Assembly: GCA_051546255.1 (NCBI GenBank)
Contig: CP128815.1
Span: 1,364,001-1,428,000 of the forward strand
Origin: Meyerozyma guilliermondii
Lineage: Eukaryota
Reading direction: 5' to 3'
DNA length: 64,000 nt
Shown here: in pieces, positions 50,184-60,762 of the stretch
How positions within the stretch are numbered: the first letter of the stretch is position 1
Layout of the letters: the number at the start of each line of letters is the position of its first letter
The notes under the pieces: generated by a model
The model's database searches: none
Told to the model about the DNA's origin: nothing
Seen by the model: the letters and a program-made list of their open reading frames with translations, nothing else
Translations under genes and position numbers: made by a program

Positions 50184-53100
50184 CTATTTAAAAGATTTGA
50201 GGAACTTCTCCTTCTCCAGCTCAGGAAGCGACGATACCAAATCCTTAACAATGGAAAGGGTTCCACTACAGTCCTCCTTCAAAGCAGCAGCGAGCTTTTG
50301 TCTCGCAGCCTCATGTTTCAATTCACCAATTCTCTCCTTGAGTTTCTCGTGATTTTGTTCGATCCACTCAGCAACCTCTTTATCGTCTTCATAGTCAACA
50401 GTAGGCATCCAACTCTTGAGTCTGGCAACCTTCTCCAATTTGTTGTTGGATTTGAGTTGCTCTTCAATCATGTCGAGAACGTATTCCTCGTTCAATCTAC
50501 GACGCAAACGCCAGAAGAAGAAACGACGAGCGTTACGCCATTCCAATTCCTTTCTAATCACACCCTTGGCCAACATACGGCCAGATCTGTCGTGCAAGTC
50601 AGCAAATTGAACCGAGATCTGGGCATAGATAGGAAGCAACGCTTTCTCACGAGCAACAATCTTGGCCGAGATCTGCGAATGTTCTTCAGCAGATACACTC
50701 TCATCGCTGAGCTTCTTTTTCAACTCAGCATAAGTAGGGTCTAACCGGGTCATCGTGGCCAACAACTTGTCTCTTCTGTACTTGATACCAACAATACCTT
50801 CTGGCTCCAACACACCGGCTCTCGAATCGACATCGGCGTACATTTCCATCTTGTCAGCATTGATGGTAGGATCAACAACGACCCATGAACCACCTCTCAA
50901 CTCACCGTTTGGTGGAATGTAGGTGAAGATTGGCTGCTTGAAGTCGACCAAAGCATCAACAATATACGAACCAAATTTGAGAACCTCGTTGTACATATCA
51001 CGTTGGCCTCCTGAGAAACCTCTCCAGTTAGCCAAGATCATCAAAGGGAGGCTTTCACCATTATTGAAGTCATTGATAGCTTGAGCGGTCTTGAAAGCAG
51101 AGTTTGGATACCAAACTTGACCAGCTTCCTGAATCATTTGCTCGGTAGAATCAGGGTTGGCTGGGTCAGCGGGAATCAAGTTATCAACAGATCTCGTTTC
51201 AACACCAATAACACCAATTGGAATACCTCCAAGACGTGCTCTTCCAACGACGACGGTCTTGGCCCATCCCGACAAGGTCTCTTGGAAAGAACCCTTATCG
51301 AACAAACCAGATTCAAACTCTCCGTTGTCGAATTGACGACCCTCAATGAGCCAACGAACATCGTATGGATCTCCCTTTGTAGGATAGAACTCAACATCTC
51401 TGTCCCATGAGTCACTTGATTCCAAAATTGGGATTGGATGACCACTCTTTGCGGGAACGTAAGAAAGCCATTGCATGATCTTCTCGACACCGGCCAAATC
51501 ATCTGAAGCTGTCAAATGAGAAACACCATTCTTGTACATGATTTGGGTACCACCAAGCTGTAAGTTGGAAGAGTAAACCTCACGACCAAGTAACTTGTTA
51601 ATAGCAGGGGCACCTGTCAAAATGATTGGTTGACCTTCGATCTGGATCGCTCTTTGACCTAATCTTACCAAGTAAGCACCGATACCAACAGATCTGCAAG
51701 TGACTAAGGTAATAGTGAAGATATCTTTGTAGGCACGCGAAGTACTTCCAGCAATTAAACCGGAACCCTTCAAACACTCAACACCTAAGCCATCTTCTTC
51801 TCCGACAATAGACTTGAGAACATGTCTCTCTTCACCATTTTCGACGATTCTTTCAGTGACCACACTCGAAGACTTACCGGCAGCATCCATAGCAGCCTTG
51901 TCCTCGCTCGACAAGTACAAGTATCTGAAACCTTTTGCTTGGTTCAGCTCATCATTCCACGCGGCTTTGAAAAGAGGAATCAATTCTTCAGCAACACCAA
52001 TTCTGGCTCCAGAATTAGCTGAAAGATAGATCCGAGGAATACGCAACTTTCTCGCATACTCAGTACATTTGTTGAAATAAATGTCCTCTTCTGGGCCAAA
52101 AGATCCGATTTTGTGAGTTATATCGTTGGCAATGATGATGAATTGACGTCCTCTTGGATATTCAGGTGTCTTAGCAGTCACTTTGAAACCAACCATACCA
52201 ATTTTATTCGAACCAGGTTCGCGATCAACGGGAGTCAACTCGCCATTGTCATCAGCGATCAATTCCAATGAAGTAAATACATCTTTTGGAACCTTCGCTT
52301 TGGCATGCAACTTCCATTGAGAAAGTGTAGCTTGACGGAACAACTCAGGGAAATCGTAAACATATGTCGTACCCATGTTGTGTGCCTTGTAACGTTTTGG
52401 TTGCAAAGACTCTTTCACTGGGTAAGGCGTTGAGATAGGTCTCAAATGCATGGAACCAGGATGGCCAATTGACTTAAATACCCATTCGCCCTTGGTGTTC
52501 TTCACCTCCATGTACAACTCGGACTTCACAACATAACCTGAAACGTTGTTGATGATGGCACGGAGAGGGAACGAAGTATTAGTGTTTGGATCAGTACAAA
52601 CAATTCTGATTTCTGCACCAGTAATTCTCAATCTCCATAATCTTCTACCAAATCTCTCCAAGAATGAGCCGAATGCAGCCTCGACTTCCTCTGGTAAAAC
52701 ATTGAAGACAGCGGAGAAATTGATGAAAATGTGGTTGAGATCCGAATTGGATGTATCAATGACTTCTAAAGCGTCCAAGATATCAGACATCAAACGATTG
52801 GATTCGGAAATCAAGTACTCGCTGATCGAGATATCGTCATGAATGATACCTGTTCTAATAATACCACGAGTGAAGAATCTCTTGTCGGAAGGAGCATTCT
52901 TACCAACACCCTCATACACATGAATGTTTCTGTTGTCGGTGAAAATTGGCTTGATGTTGAAGTTCACCAAGCGTCCCAATTCCAATTGGAAAGCAAGAGC
53001 TGGCTCAATATGACGAATAACCTTGTTTTCCTCGTAGTCTGGGGCAGTGAAAGTGTAGTACTTAGGATAGTTTCCAACATCGTTGGCAAAAACAAAAGTG

Positions 53101-56100
53101 ATTCTTCTGATCTTGGCAGTTCTCAAATCATCCTTGTACTCATCAAGAATCTCTCTGATCCTACCCAAAATTTCATCTTCGGAGATGTAGCCATCGATGC
53201 TGTTGACCACAATATTGAAGACATTCGAGTAAGACTGCTCGGTATCTTTAGAAGAACGCAAGTGAATCTCATCAGAGGGCACTAATTGCTCTAAAGCTGC
53301 CGTCATCATGTCGTCAACGTCATCAAGATGCTTGCATGGAACCAAAATACCAGTTCTGCCGTGCTTTTCTTTGTCATCGGAGACGTAAGATAAGTCGGAC
53401 ACTGACATGGTTCTGTTCATTGAACTGGAATCATCACTCTTGACGTTTTGAATAGCATTGAGATTCGACGAATCGAGACTGGGCAACGAGAACTTCCAGG
53501 TGATGATAGGCAACTTGTCTTGGAAGTGGTAAGAAATCTTACCCAACGAGTAGGCTCTGTAAGAACGTCTCACGTAAACTTCTGCAGCAGCAATAGCAAC
53601 CCACTCGTCATCATTGACCAAAAACTGAAGCAACACGTCAAACACGGTGTGTTTAGAATCAACAACTTCCTGGATCACATCAAGCTTAGGTTTGATGTGC
53701 AGAGCATAGATCTCTCCATATGAAGTTTGAAGTACCGAAGAGCGCAAAATATGTTCCAATTGATCGGATCTTTCCTTAATGGAAGGCAAAGAACATTGAA
53801 TCAAAATTTCTCTTGCTTTCAAGGTTACCTTGGCGGTGTTTCTGGTATCCAATTCGACCAAGTTCTTCAAAGCTTTACGAATGCTTTCACCCACCTTTGA
53901 TCCCTCAAGTAAAACGGGTTGGTAGACATCCAAGATGGCGAGAATCAAGTTGTTCTTTGAGCTAACTCTGGAGTGTGATAAAGCGATATCAGTAACCTTC
54001 TGCAAATCGCTCTTGTTCTCGTCACGAAGTCTCAAAATGACATCCTCGTCCCTAACATTGTAAGGGGAGAAAAGAGACTCAACGGCGTAGTATTCGTTGA
54101 TCAAGCTTGCAAAGTAAGAAAACTCGTGCTCAAGCAAACCGGCAGAGTAACGGGTAGCGACATTAACCAAAGGAGCAACAACGTCACGAAGTAAAGATCC
54201 CGACTCCTGGGTTGCCAATTCCTTCTGCATGAGTTTCAAAAGCTGCTTAGCTGGGAAGTCGGCCCCTCTAGAATGAGTCCTCTCAATGAGTTGTTCCATT
54301 GCCTCGTCCAATTTGGGTGGTAATCTGGAATGTAATGCAGACGCCTGTTGTGCCCACTCACCGTAAGGTAACTCCTTATCTTTCAACACCTCTCTAATGC
54401 CCTTGAGAGTCGAGTTCATGATGACTTGGTTGTCAAAACCAGCCAAGATGTTACTCAAAATGTTTGAGTAGAACTGGAACTTGTGAACAGGCTTTGAGCC
54501 TTGCACAATGGCATCTCCCAAATCTGGAAGCGTGCCCTCGAAAGGACGAGCATGCTTGACCTTCGAAGGATCATCCAACGACAAAATAGCCAAGATATCT
54601 CCAGCATTGACTGTAGATCCTGGTTGTTTGATCAATTGAACGACACCGTCTTCTTGGGCAATCAAAGGCATGCACATCTTCATAACTTCCACTTCAGCGT
54701 AGGCCTGACCGGCAACAACATGATCACCACTTTCAACCAAGTACTTGACTAACTTACCTGGCGATGGAGTTCTCAATTGGGTTGGATCATTCTCGACTTC
54801 CAACAAGCAAGTTTTACTGTCCACGGAAAGTCTAGTTGCCGCAGCTTCCTCCTTCCAGTAAACAGAGTGTGACTTACCTCCAATAGCGCACAACAATCCA
54901 CCATCAGACAAAGGACGAATACCAACGACTCCTCTTGTACCATTGAGGAACAAAGTGTATGAATCTTTGGAAGACTTAGTAGCTGTGAACTTGTAACGTT
55001 GACCTTCATAGATGAACTCAATTGGGAAGATGGTTCTCAACAAGTTCTTATTAGGAATTTGACCCTTTTCGAGACTCAGAATGTAGTCACGTTTATCTTC
55101 TTCGGTTTGAATATGAGCTTTAGTAACAGCACCACACACGACAGCCACAATAGGGTCTGGTCTTTCAGCTGTCAACTTTTTGGAAATCAACTCATCTAAC
55201 CATCCAGTAGTGATTGTGTTATCCTCGAAATCGGGGGTTTCCAACAACTTAATCAAGTACTCGACAGTGGTTCTGAAATCACCACGAATGGACAACTCCT
55301 TCAAGGCAACCACCATGTGCTTTCTCGAGGCTTGACGGTTCTCTCCGAAGGCAAAGATATGACCAAATTGGGAATCAGAAAATGAATGAATGGAAGATTG
55401 ATTACCGACGGAGAAATAACCCCACACATTTGAAGAAGATCTGAAGTTCAAATCATGCAAATTACCTCCAGAAGGCTTGAAACCCTCACCGGGATCTTCA
55501 GAGGTGATACGACAAGCAGTCGTATGACCCTTGGGTACTGGACGTCTTTGGCTGATCAAAGATTCTTCAGTCTTGAATTCAAAGTCAATCTCAGTGGAAG
55601 TATGAGGATCCACACCGTAGAGAGTTCTGATGTCTCTAATACGGTGCATTGGGATACCCATAGCAATTTGCAATTGAGCAGCTGGCAAGTTCACACCCGT
55701 CACCATTTCAGTGGTTGGATGTTCAACTTGCAAACGTGGGTTCAATTCCAAAAAGTAGAATTTATCCTCAGAGTGAGAATACAAGTACTCCACAGTACCA
55801 GCGGAGACATATCCCACCAATTTACCCAATCTGACGGCGGCGTTCTCCATGGAACTAAAGGTATCTCTGTCAGCGACCGTAACAGGAGCCTCCTCAATAA
55901 TTTTTTGATGTCTTCTTTGAACGGAACAATCTCTTCCAAACAAAGAGATATTGGTACCATATTGGTCGGCCAACAATTGAACCTCCAAATGTCTGGCATC
56001 ACCAGCCAACTTCATGATGAAAATAGGAGATCCAGGTATTTCATTAGCAGCTTGCTTGTAAAGAGCAATAAAGTCGGCTTCACGCTCAACCTTACGAATA

Positions 56101-56852
56101 CCTTTACCACCTCCACCTTCGGAGGCCTTGATCATGACGGGGAATCCAATTTCTTTGGCTTTCACCAAACCGTCTTCAGGCAGACTGCAGCAACCTTTTT
56201 CGTAGACTTCAGGAGCAACCGACACCAAATTGGTCTTGGGGTCAACTACAACGTCATCGACACCAGTACCCGACCATGGTATACAAGGAACCTGAGCGTG
56301 TTGTGCGACAATGGTGGAGGAGATTTTATCACCCAAAGAACGCATTGCCAGTCCTGGGGGACCAATAAATAAGATCTTTTTTGGTGAAGCTGCCAATTTC
56401 TCGGGCAATAAAGGGTTTTCTGAAGCATGACCCCAACCAGCCCATACGGCGTGAACATTGGTGGTTTCGGCAATCTCCACAATGAGATCGACATTAGCAT
56501 AGTTATTGTTGTTGGTTCCACCTGGTACCTCCACAAACTGGTCGGCCATTCTGATGTACTCGGCGTTGGCAGCCAAATCCTCTGGGGTGGCCATCACAGT
56601 AAATTGGATGGCACGTTCGTCACCAAAGGTCTCGTAAGCCCATTTCCGGACAGACCTTATTTCTTTCACGGCAGCAATACCGTTATTTGCGATCAAAACG
56701 CGGCTGATCACGGTATGACCTTGGCTATTACGCACAAACTCAGTGACTTTTCCTGGCTCGGCAACATCGACTGAGTTTAACCCTTTGAAATGCGAAGGCA
56801 AATCATTGTGAAGAGGCGAAAAGTCTGGGGTTTTCTCTTGGGCGGTGGACAT
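50184..56852 (-). CDS. ACC1: Acetyl-CoA carboxylase; cytosolic-type start at 56852, extended form from 57077
   Basis: VLIANNGIAAVKEIRS, biotin motif EVMKM, regulatory RTMSVSDL and CT-domain ANWRGFSGGQRDM. Confidence 0.98.
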   Translation of the reverse strand: MSTAQEKTPDFSPLHNDLPSHFKGLNSVDVAEPGKVTEFVRNSQGHTVISRVLIANNGIAAVKEIRSVRKWAYETFGDERAIQFTVMATPEDLAANAEYIRMADQFVEVPGGTNNNNYANVDLIVEIAETTNVHAVWAGWGHASENPLLPEKLAASPKKILFIGPPGLAMRSLGDKISSTIVAQHAQVPCIPWSGTGVDDVVVDPKTNLVSVAPEVYEKGCCSLPEDGLVKAKEIGFPVMIKASEGGGGKGIRKVEREADFIALYKQAANEIPGSPIFIMKLAGDARHLEVQLLADQYGTNISLFGRDCSVQRRHQKIIEEAPVTVADRDTFSSMENAAVRLGKLVGYVSAGTVEYLYSHSEDKFYFLELNPRLQVEHPTTEMVTGVNLPAAQLQIAMGIPMHRIRDIRTLYGVDPHTSTEIDFEFKTEESLISQRRPVPKGHTTACRITSEDPGEGFKPSGGNLHDLNFRSSSNVWGYFSVGNQSSIHSFSDSQFGHIFAFGENRQASRKHMVVALKELSIRGDFRTTVEYLIKLLETPDFEDNTITTGWLDELISKKLTAERPDPIVAVVCGAVTKAHIQTEEDKRDYILSLEKGQIPNKNLLRTIFPIEFIYEGQRYKFTATKSSKDSYTLFLNGTRGVVGIRPLSDGGLLCAIGGKSHSVYWKEEAAATRLSVDSKTCLLEVENDPTQLRTPSPGKLVKYLVESGDHVVAGQAYAEVEVMKMCMPLIAQEDGVVQLIKQPGSTVNAGDILAILSLDDPSKVKHARPFEGTLPDLGDAIVQGSKPVHKFQFYSNILSNILAGFDNQVIMNSTLKGIREVLKDKELPYGEWAQQASALHSRLPPKLDEAMEQLIERTHSRGADFPAKQLLKLMQKELATQESGSLLRDVVAPLVNVATRYSAGLLEHEFSYFASLINEYYAVESLFSPYNVRDEDVILRLRDENKSDLQKVTDIALSHSRVSSKNNLILAILDVYQPVLLEGSKVGESIRKALKNLVELDTRNTAKVTLKAREILIQCSLPSIKERSDQLEHILRSSVLQTSYGEIYALHIKPKLDVIQEVVDSKHTVFDVLLQFLVNDDEWVAIAAAEVYVRRSYRAYSLGKISYHFQDKLPIITWKFSLPSLDSSNLNAIQNVKSDDSSSMNRTMSVSDLSYVSDDKEKHGRTGILVPCKHLDDVDDMMTAALEQLVPSDEIHLRSSKDTEQSYSNVFNIVVNSIDGYISEDEILGRIREILDEYKDDLRTAKIRRITFVFANDVGNYPKYYTFTAPDYEENKVIRHIEPALAFQLELGRLVNFNIKPIFTDNRNIHVYEGVGKNAPSDKRFFTRGIIRTGIIHDDISISEYLISESNRLMSDILDALEVIDTSNSDLNHIFINFSAVFNVLPEEVEAAFGSFLERFGRRLWRLRITGAEIRIVCTDPNTNTSFPLRAIINNVSGYVVKSELYMEVKNTKGEWVFKSIGHPGSMHLRPISTPYPVKESLQPKRYKAHNMGTTYVYDFPELFRQATLSQWKLHAKAKVPKDVFTSLELIADDNGELTPVDREPGSNKIGMVGFKVTAKTPEYPRGRQFIIIANDITHKIGSFGPEEDIYFNKCTEYARKLRIPRIYLSANSGARIGVAEELIPLFKAAWNDELNQAKGFRYLYLSSEDKAAMDAAGKSSSVVTERIVENGEERHVLKSIVGEEDGLGVECLKGSGLIAGSTSRAYKDIFTITLVTCRSVGIGAYLVRLGQRAIQIEGQPIILTGAPAINKLLGREVYSSNLQLGGTQIMYKNGVSHLTASDDLAGVEKIMQWLSYVPAKSGHPIPILESSDSWDRDVEFYPTKGDPYDVRWLIEGRQFDNGEFESGLFDKGSFQETLSGWAKTVVVGRARLGGIPIGVIGVETRSVDNLIPADPANPDSTEQMIQEAGQVWYPNSAFKTAQAINDFNNGESLPLMILANWRGFSGGQRDMYNEVLKFGSYIVDALVDFKQPIFTYIPPNGELRGGSWVVVDPTINADKMEMYADVDSRAGVLEPEGIVGIKYRRDKLLATMTRLDPTYAELKKKLSDESVSAEEHSQISAKIVAREKALLPIYAQISVQFADLHDRSGRMLAKGVIRKELEWRNARRFFFWRLRRRLNEEYVLDMIEEQLKSNNKLEKVARLKSWMPTVDYEDDKEVAEWIEQNHEKLKERIGELKHEAARQKLAAALKEDCSGTLSIVKDLVSSLPELEKEKFLKSFK

Positions 56853-57537
56853 TATGGTCCTTATTTGCGATAAAATTCTGGGAAAATTTCGTTTGTAAAA
56901 GTAACGACGAGAACGAGAACGGGAAATATAGTCTCGAATATAGTTGGAACGGTTATGTGAAATGTGTCCTCTACGGATCGAGTATTTGAGATTCGAATTG
57001 AGAAAGGTCAAATAAGTCTTTCTGGTACGACTAGTTGTTCTGATGTTAGTATGGTTACATGCAATTAATGTACGCATACAATTAACCACCTCTTGTGCCC
57101 AAAAAGTTTAAACGCATTTGTTGTGGTTGCATGCAGTCCATCTCCGACCGATTCCGACGATGTGGACAAAAAATCGATGGATGGTGGTAAAATGGCAAGA
57201 CGGGATGGGACCAATTTCTAGCACAGGCGAGGGGATGCAAGAGGTTCTTATATGCTACCAATTGGCGGCAAAACAGCCGCAAATCGCCCTCGTAAATGGT
57301 CGGAATTGGCACCTCCGACTTTTTGCATCGACGGTGCAGCATAACATGACTAGGTGCATGTCATTGGCCGTGTCTAGACCTTTGAACAGTGGCTTAAATA
57401 CATACTTTGACCAATAATTCTGTAGAAATCTCGTCTCGAAATATATGCCTCCTGAGATCGGATTAATATAAAAAGAGGAACCTCCCCCAACAAACCGTTG
57501 ATGTTGGCCCAAAATGCTTGGGTAAATCAGTACGATG

Positions 57538-57549
57538 GCTGACGTCAGC
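57538..57549. promoter_or_regulatory. Palindromic CRE (ATF/CREB, Sko1-type) site between ACC1 and the STL1-like gene
   Basis: Perfect 12-bp palindrome GCTGACGTCAGC. Confidence 0.4.
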
Positions 57550-58545
57550 GCTGCAACGCGGTGTTAGGCAGTAACCTGCTGACGACAATGTGGCACATTA
57601 GTTGCTACATAAGTATGAGATAAGGGTATTTAAGGTTCTAAGATTCAAATGGGCGATCTTTGTAGATCCCGATAAGATTGTTGGTACTTTAGAAAAAAGT
57701 GAATGTGAGAAAGAAAAAAGAAGCTTTAAACATTTTAGGTTGCCGTGACGCGCAGACCTTCATTTGACTACATTTACACGTCTGGGTGACATCATGGCAA
57801 AACTAACCGCTTTCCGTCGAATTCGTTTCTCGAATCTTTTCGTCAGTTGTTGGGACTTTGATTATGGGCCGTATGCAGTACTATAAGGCGTTTTTGTGCC
57901 ACGTTCGGCGCACGAACTTTTTCAGTTTTGCTTATGTCATCGGGTGCCGATCGAGTTCGGTGTTAAGATCGTTTGGTGTGCCGTTCACAAGAATATTATT
58001 TAGGTGCTGTCAATTTAGGCCCTTGCATCAACGCGACCATTTCCTTTGGCCTCGGCACGCACGATGACTTACAAAAGTGAAATTAGAGTGTTTTGAAAAG
58101 TTTCCTTCCTCACCCACCCAGTTAGAAAACTCGTAGCAACAAAAGTGCATGGACACCTGAGATTCTCGGCATTATGCCGTTTTTCCCCACACAACACCTT
58201 ATTTTGATGCATGCCACGAATTGTTCTCGTTAATTATATGCAATGCCGCATATAATCCGGGATTGGACTGGGGAGTCCGAGCGACGTAGAAACTCCGAAA
58301 TGAGGAGTTTCGGCCCCGAAAACGATAGACGACTAAATGAGCTTTTTTGGGAGGTTTTCTACCAAGTTCATTTTCATGAAAGTGATGCATTTTCACCTTA
58401 TAATTGTCTTGCAGTTTATGTTTGTTTTTAACAGTGCGGCACTGATATGCGCCCTGCAGTTTGACATCATACGGCGGGGAGTCCTCTTGCAGCAACCCCA
58501 CCCCCACATATATATAGAAGCTTCGATGTTTCAGGAGTCGAAAAC

Positions 58546-60231
58546 ATGTCGCTGACGTCGAGTTCGAAAGATATGCCGCCTGAAAAGGAGGAGGTCAGTG
58601 TTTTGCAAGATAATAATGAAATACCCTCATTTTTGGGATTGAGAGGTAGTAAATTGCATAATGCGGTCGCGGGAATGTGTGGTGTTGGTTTCTTGTTGTT
58701 CGGTTATGATCAAGGTGTGATGTCCAGTTTGTTAACTTTGGGCGCTTTCAAGGACACTTTTGAGGTCTACAGAAATGGAAATCCAACTATGCAAAGTTTT
58801 ATTATTGCCATCTACGAAATTGGTTGTATGGTTGGCGCTCTCTCAACTCTTTATTTGGGAGATAAATATGGCAGAGTTAGGTTGGTGTTTGCTGGCGCTT
58901 TTATTATGTTGATAGGTGGTGCACTTCAAGGCTGTGCCTATACTGTTGCTCACTTGATTGTTGCAAGAGTCGTATCTGGAATTGGAAATGGTTTGATTAC
59001 CAGTACAGTTCCGGTATGGCAAGCTGAAATCGCCAAGCCTGAAAAGCGTGGTAAGCTTATTGCACTTCAAGGTGCTCAAATTACTTTGGGAATTGCAATC
59101 TCGTACTGGATTGATTTTGCATTTTACTTTACAGACCCAAGTCCTGCTGCATGGCGGGTTCCTGTATCACTCCAATGTGTTTTCCCATTAGTAATTCTTC
59201 CTCTTGTGTTGAAATTACCTGAATCTCCACGTTGGTTGATTCGAGTAAGAAGAGAAGAAGAGGGTAGACGAGTATTTGCGGCTTTATTGGAAAAACCGGT
59301 AGACGATTATTTGGTAAATCAGCATATGAATGAAGTGGAGGAATCGTTAGCTGCAGAACGTGCACTTGGTGGTGAGACTTTCCTGATGAAAAGGCTTTTT
59401 ACCCAAGGTGAAAAGAGAAATTTTCACAGACTTTGCTTGGCTGGCTGGGCTCAGCTTATGCAACAGATTTCAGGTATCAATTTGATCACCTACTATGCTG
59501 GAACAATTTTTGAAAAATATATTGGAATTGATCCTCTTCCATCCCGGATTTTGGCGGCGTGTAATGGTACTGAGTACTTTTTGGCGTCGTTGATTCCATT
59601 GTGGACAATTGAAAGATTTGGTAGACGTCCACTTTTATTGATCGGCACTGCAGGTCAATGTCTTAGTATGGTGGTTTTAACTATCACGACAAAAGTATCT
59701 GATAATCAGGGCAAGTCTCAACCCCCAGCCATAGCCGCGGCGGTATTCCTTTTCGTGTTCAATTCGTTTTTCGCAATTGGTATGTTGAGTATCACTTGGT
59801 TATACTCTCCGGAAGTGAATTCAATTGAGATCAGAGCTCCAGCTGCTGCCATATCCACCGCGTGTAACTGGATTTCCAACTTTGCAATTGTATTGATTAC
59901 AATTCCAGCTTTTGACAACATCAACAGTTTCACTTATCTCGTTTTCGGGATGATTAACTTTCTCATGTTGCCAGTAATTTATTTCTTGTTCCCAGAAACA
60001 GCAGGAAGAAGTTTGGAGGAAATGGATCTTATTTTCAAGCAAACCCCAGTGTGGAAACCATGGCAAGCTGTCAAGATTGCACGAGAAATGCCATTTATTC
60101 ATGCTGGAGCTATGGAAGATATTGAAGAAAAGAGAATGGCGGAATTTGAACATACAGAACACGCAGGATTGTTTGAGGATAATTCCATCACAGAGAAAAT
60201 GTCAATGAAAAACGACAAAAATTCAATCTAA
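58546..60231 (+). CDS. MFS sugar porter, STL1-like (glycerol/polyol-H+ symporter type)
   Basis: GFLLFGYDQGVMS, TVPVWQAE, LPESPRW, QQISGINLITYY, ACNGTEYFLAS and PETAGRSLEEMD. TATATATA at about 58509-58517. Confidence 0.9.
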   Translation: MSLTSSSKDMPPEKEEVSVLQDNNEIPSFLGLRGSKLHNAVAGMCGVGFLLFGYDQGVMSSLLTLGAFKDTFEVYRNGNPTMQSFIIAIYEIGCMVGALSTLYLGDKYGRVRLVFAGAFIMLIGGALQGCAYTVAHLIVARVVSGIGNGLITSTVPVWQAEIAKPEKRGKLIALQGAQITLGIAISYWIDFAFYFTDPSPAAWRVPVSLQCVFPLVILPLVLKLPESPRWLIRVRREEEGRRVFAALLEKPVDDYLVNQHMNEVEESLAAERALGGETFLMKRLFTQGEKRNFHRLCLAGWAQLMQQISGINLITYYAGTIFEKYIGIDPLPSRILAACNGTEYFLASLIPLWTIERFGRRPLLLIGTAGQCLSMVVLTITTKVSDNQGKSQPPAIAAAVFLFVFNSFFAIGMLSITWLYSPEVNSIEIRAPAAAISTACNWISNFAIVLITIPAFDNINSFTYLVFGMINFLMLPVIYFLFPETAGRSLEEMDLIFKQTPVWKPWQAVKIAREMPFIHAGAMEDIEEKRMAEFEHTEHAGLFEDNSITEKMSMKNDKNSI

Positions 60232-60266
60232 AGAAATGTCAATGAAAAGACATAATTTCAATCTAA
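60194..60266 (+). repeat. Imperfect tandem duplication (38 bp plus 35 bp) spanning the transporter stop codon
   Basis: AGAAAATGTCAATGAAAAACGACAAAAATTCAATCTAA followed by AGAAATGTCAATGAAAAGACATAATTTCAATCTAA. Confidence 0.85.
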
Positions 60267-60270
60267 ATAA

Positions 60271-60762
60271 TTAATTCTCCTCCTCAATGGAGAATCTCAA
60301 CCGTTTTGTCGACTTACGGTCCATGTTGATATTATAGTTATGCTTCAAGTGAATTCTAATTTTGCTCTCCTCCATCACCTGTTGTTGTCTCCATTGCTGT
60401 TGCATCTTGTAGGCTTTGTAGACATAGAGTCGATGAACATAATTGAGAAGGTGAGTGTTAGTTTTCGCCACAGGAAGCGTGGGTTCTTTTGGTGGAGGAA
60501 GTTCAAAATTAAAAGCCGAATATACTGCTCTGGCGCCAAAGTCAGCAAATTGTGGAGGAGGACTATACTCCGGGAAAACTATGGTCTGATCTTTCATAGC
60601 AGACTTGTATGGATAATTCATGGGAATGGTGATTTTTGTTCTATTCTCAGGTGAGGCTTTCAACGCAATACTGCATTGTCTATTAATTCGTTCTTCAATT
60701 TCGTCCCATGAAATTGACAAACTGGTATCATAGTCTTCATCTATGACGGAAATGAAAGACAT
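60271..60762 (-). CDS. Hypothetical 163-aa protein
   Basis: ATG-started ORF with TATATATA about 30-40 bp upstream; no family recognised. Confidence 0.65.
   Translation of the reverse strand: MSFISVIDEDYDTSLSISWDEIEERINRQCSIALKASPENRTKITIPMNYPYKSAMKDQTIVFPEYSPPPQFADFGARAVYSAFNFELPPPKEPTLPVAKTNTHLLNYVHRLYVYKAYKMQQQWRQQQVMEESKIRIHLKHNYNINMDRKSTKRLRFSIEEEN

Noticed and set aside
35341..57089. Long antisense ORFs over GSY1, FKS and ACC1 (for example 35341-35973 and 55455-56372)
   Set aside because: These are shadow ORFs expected opposite codon-biased genes and have no independent motifs.
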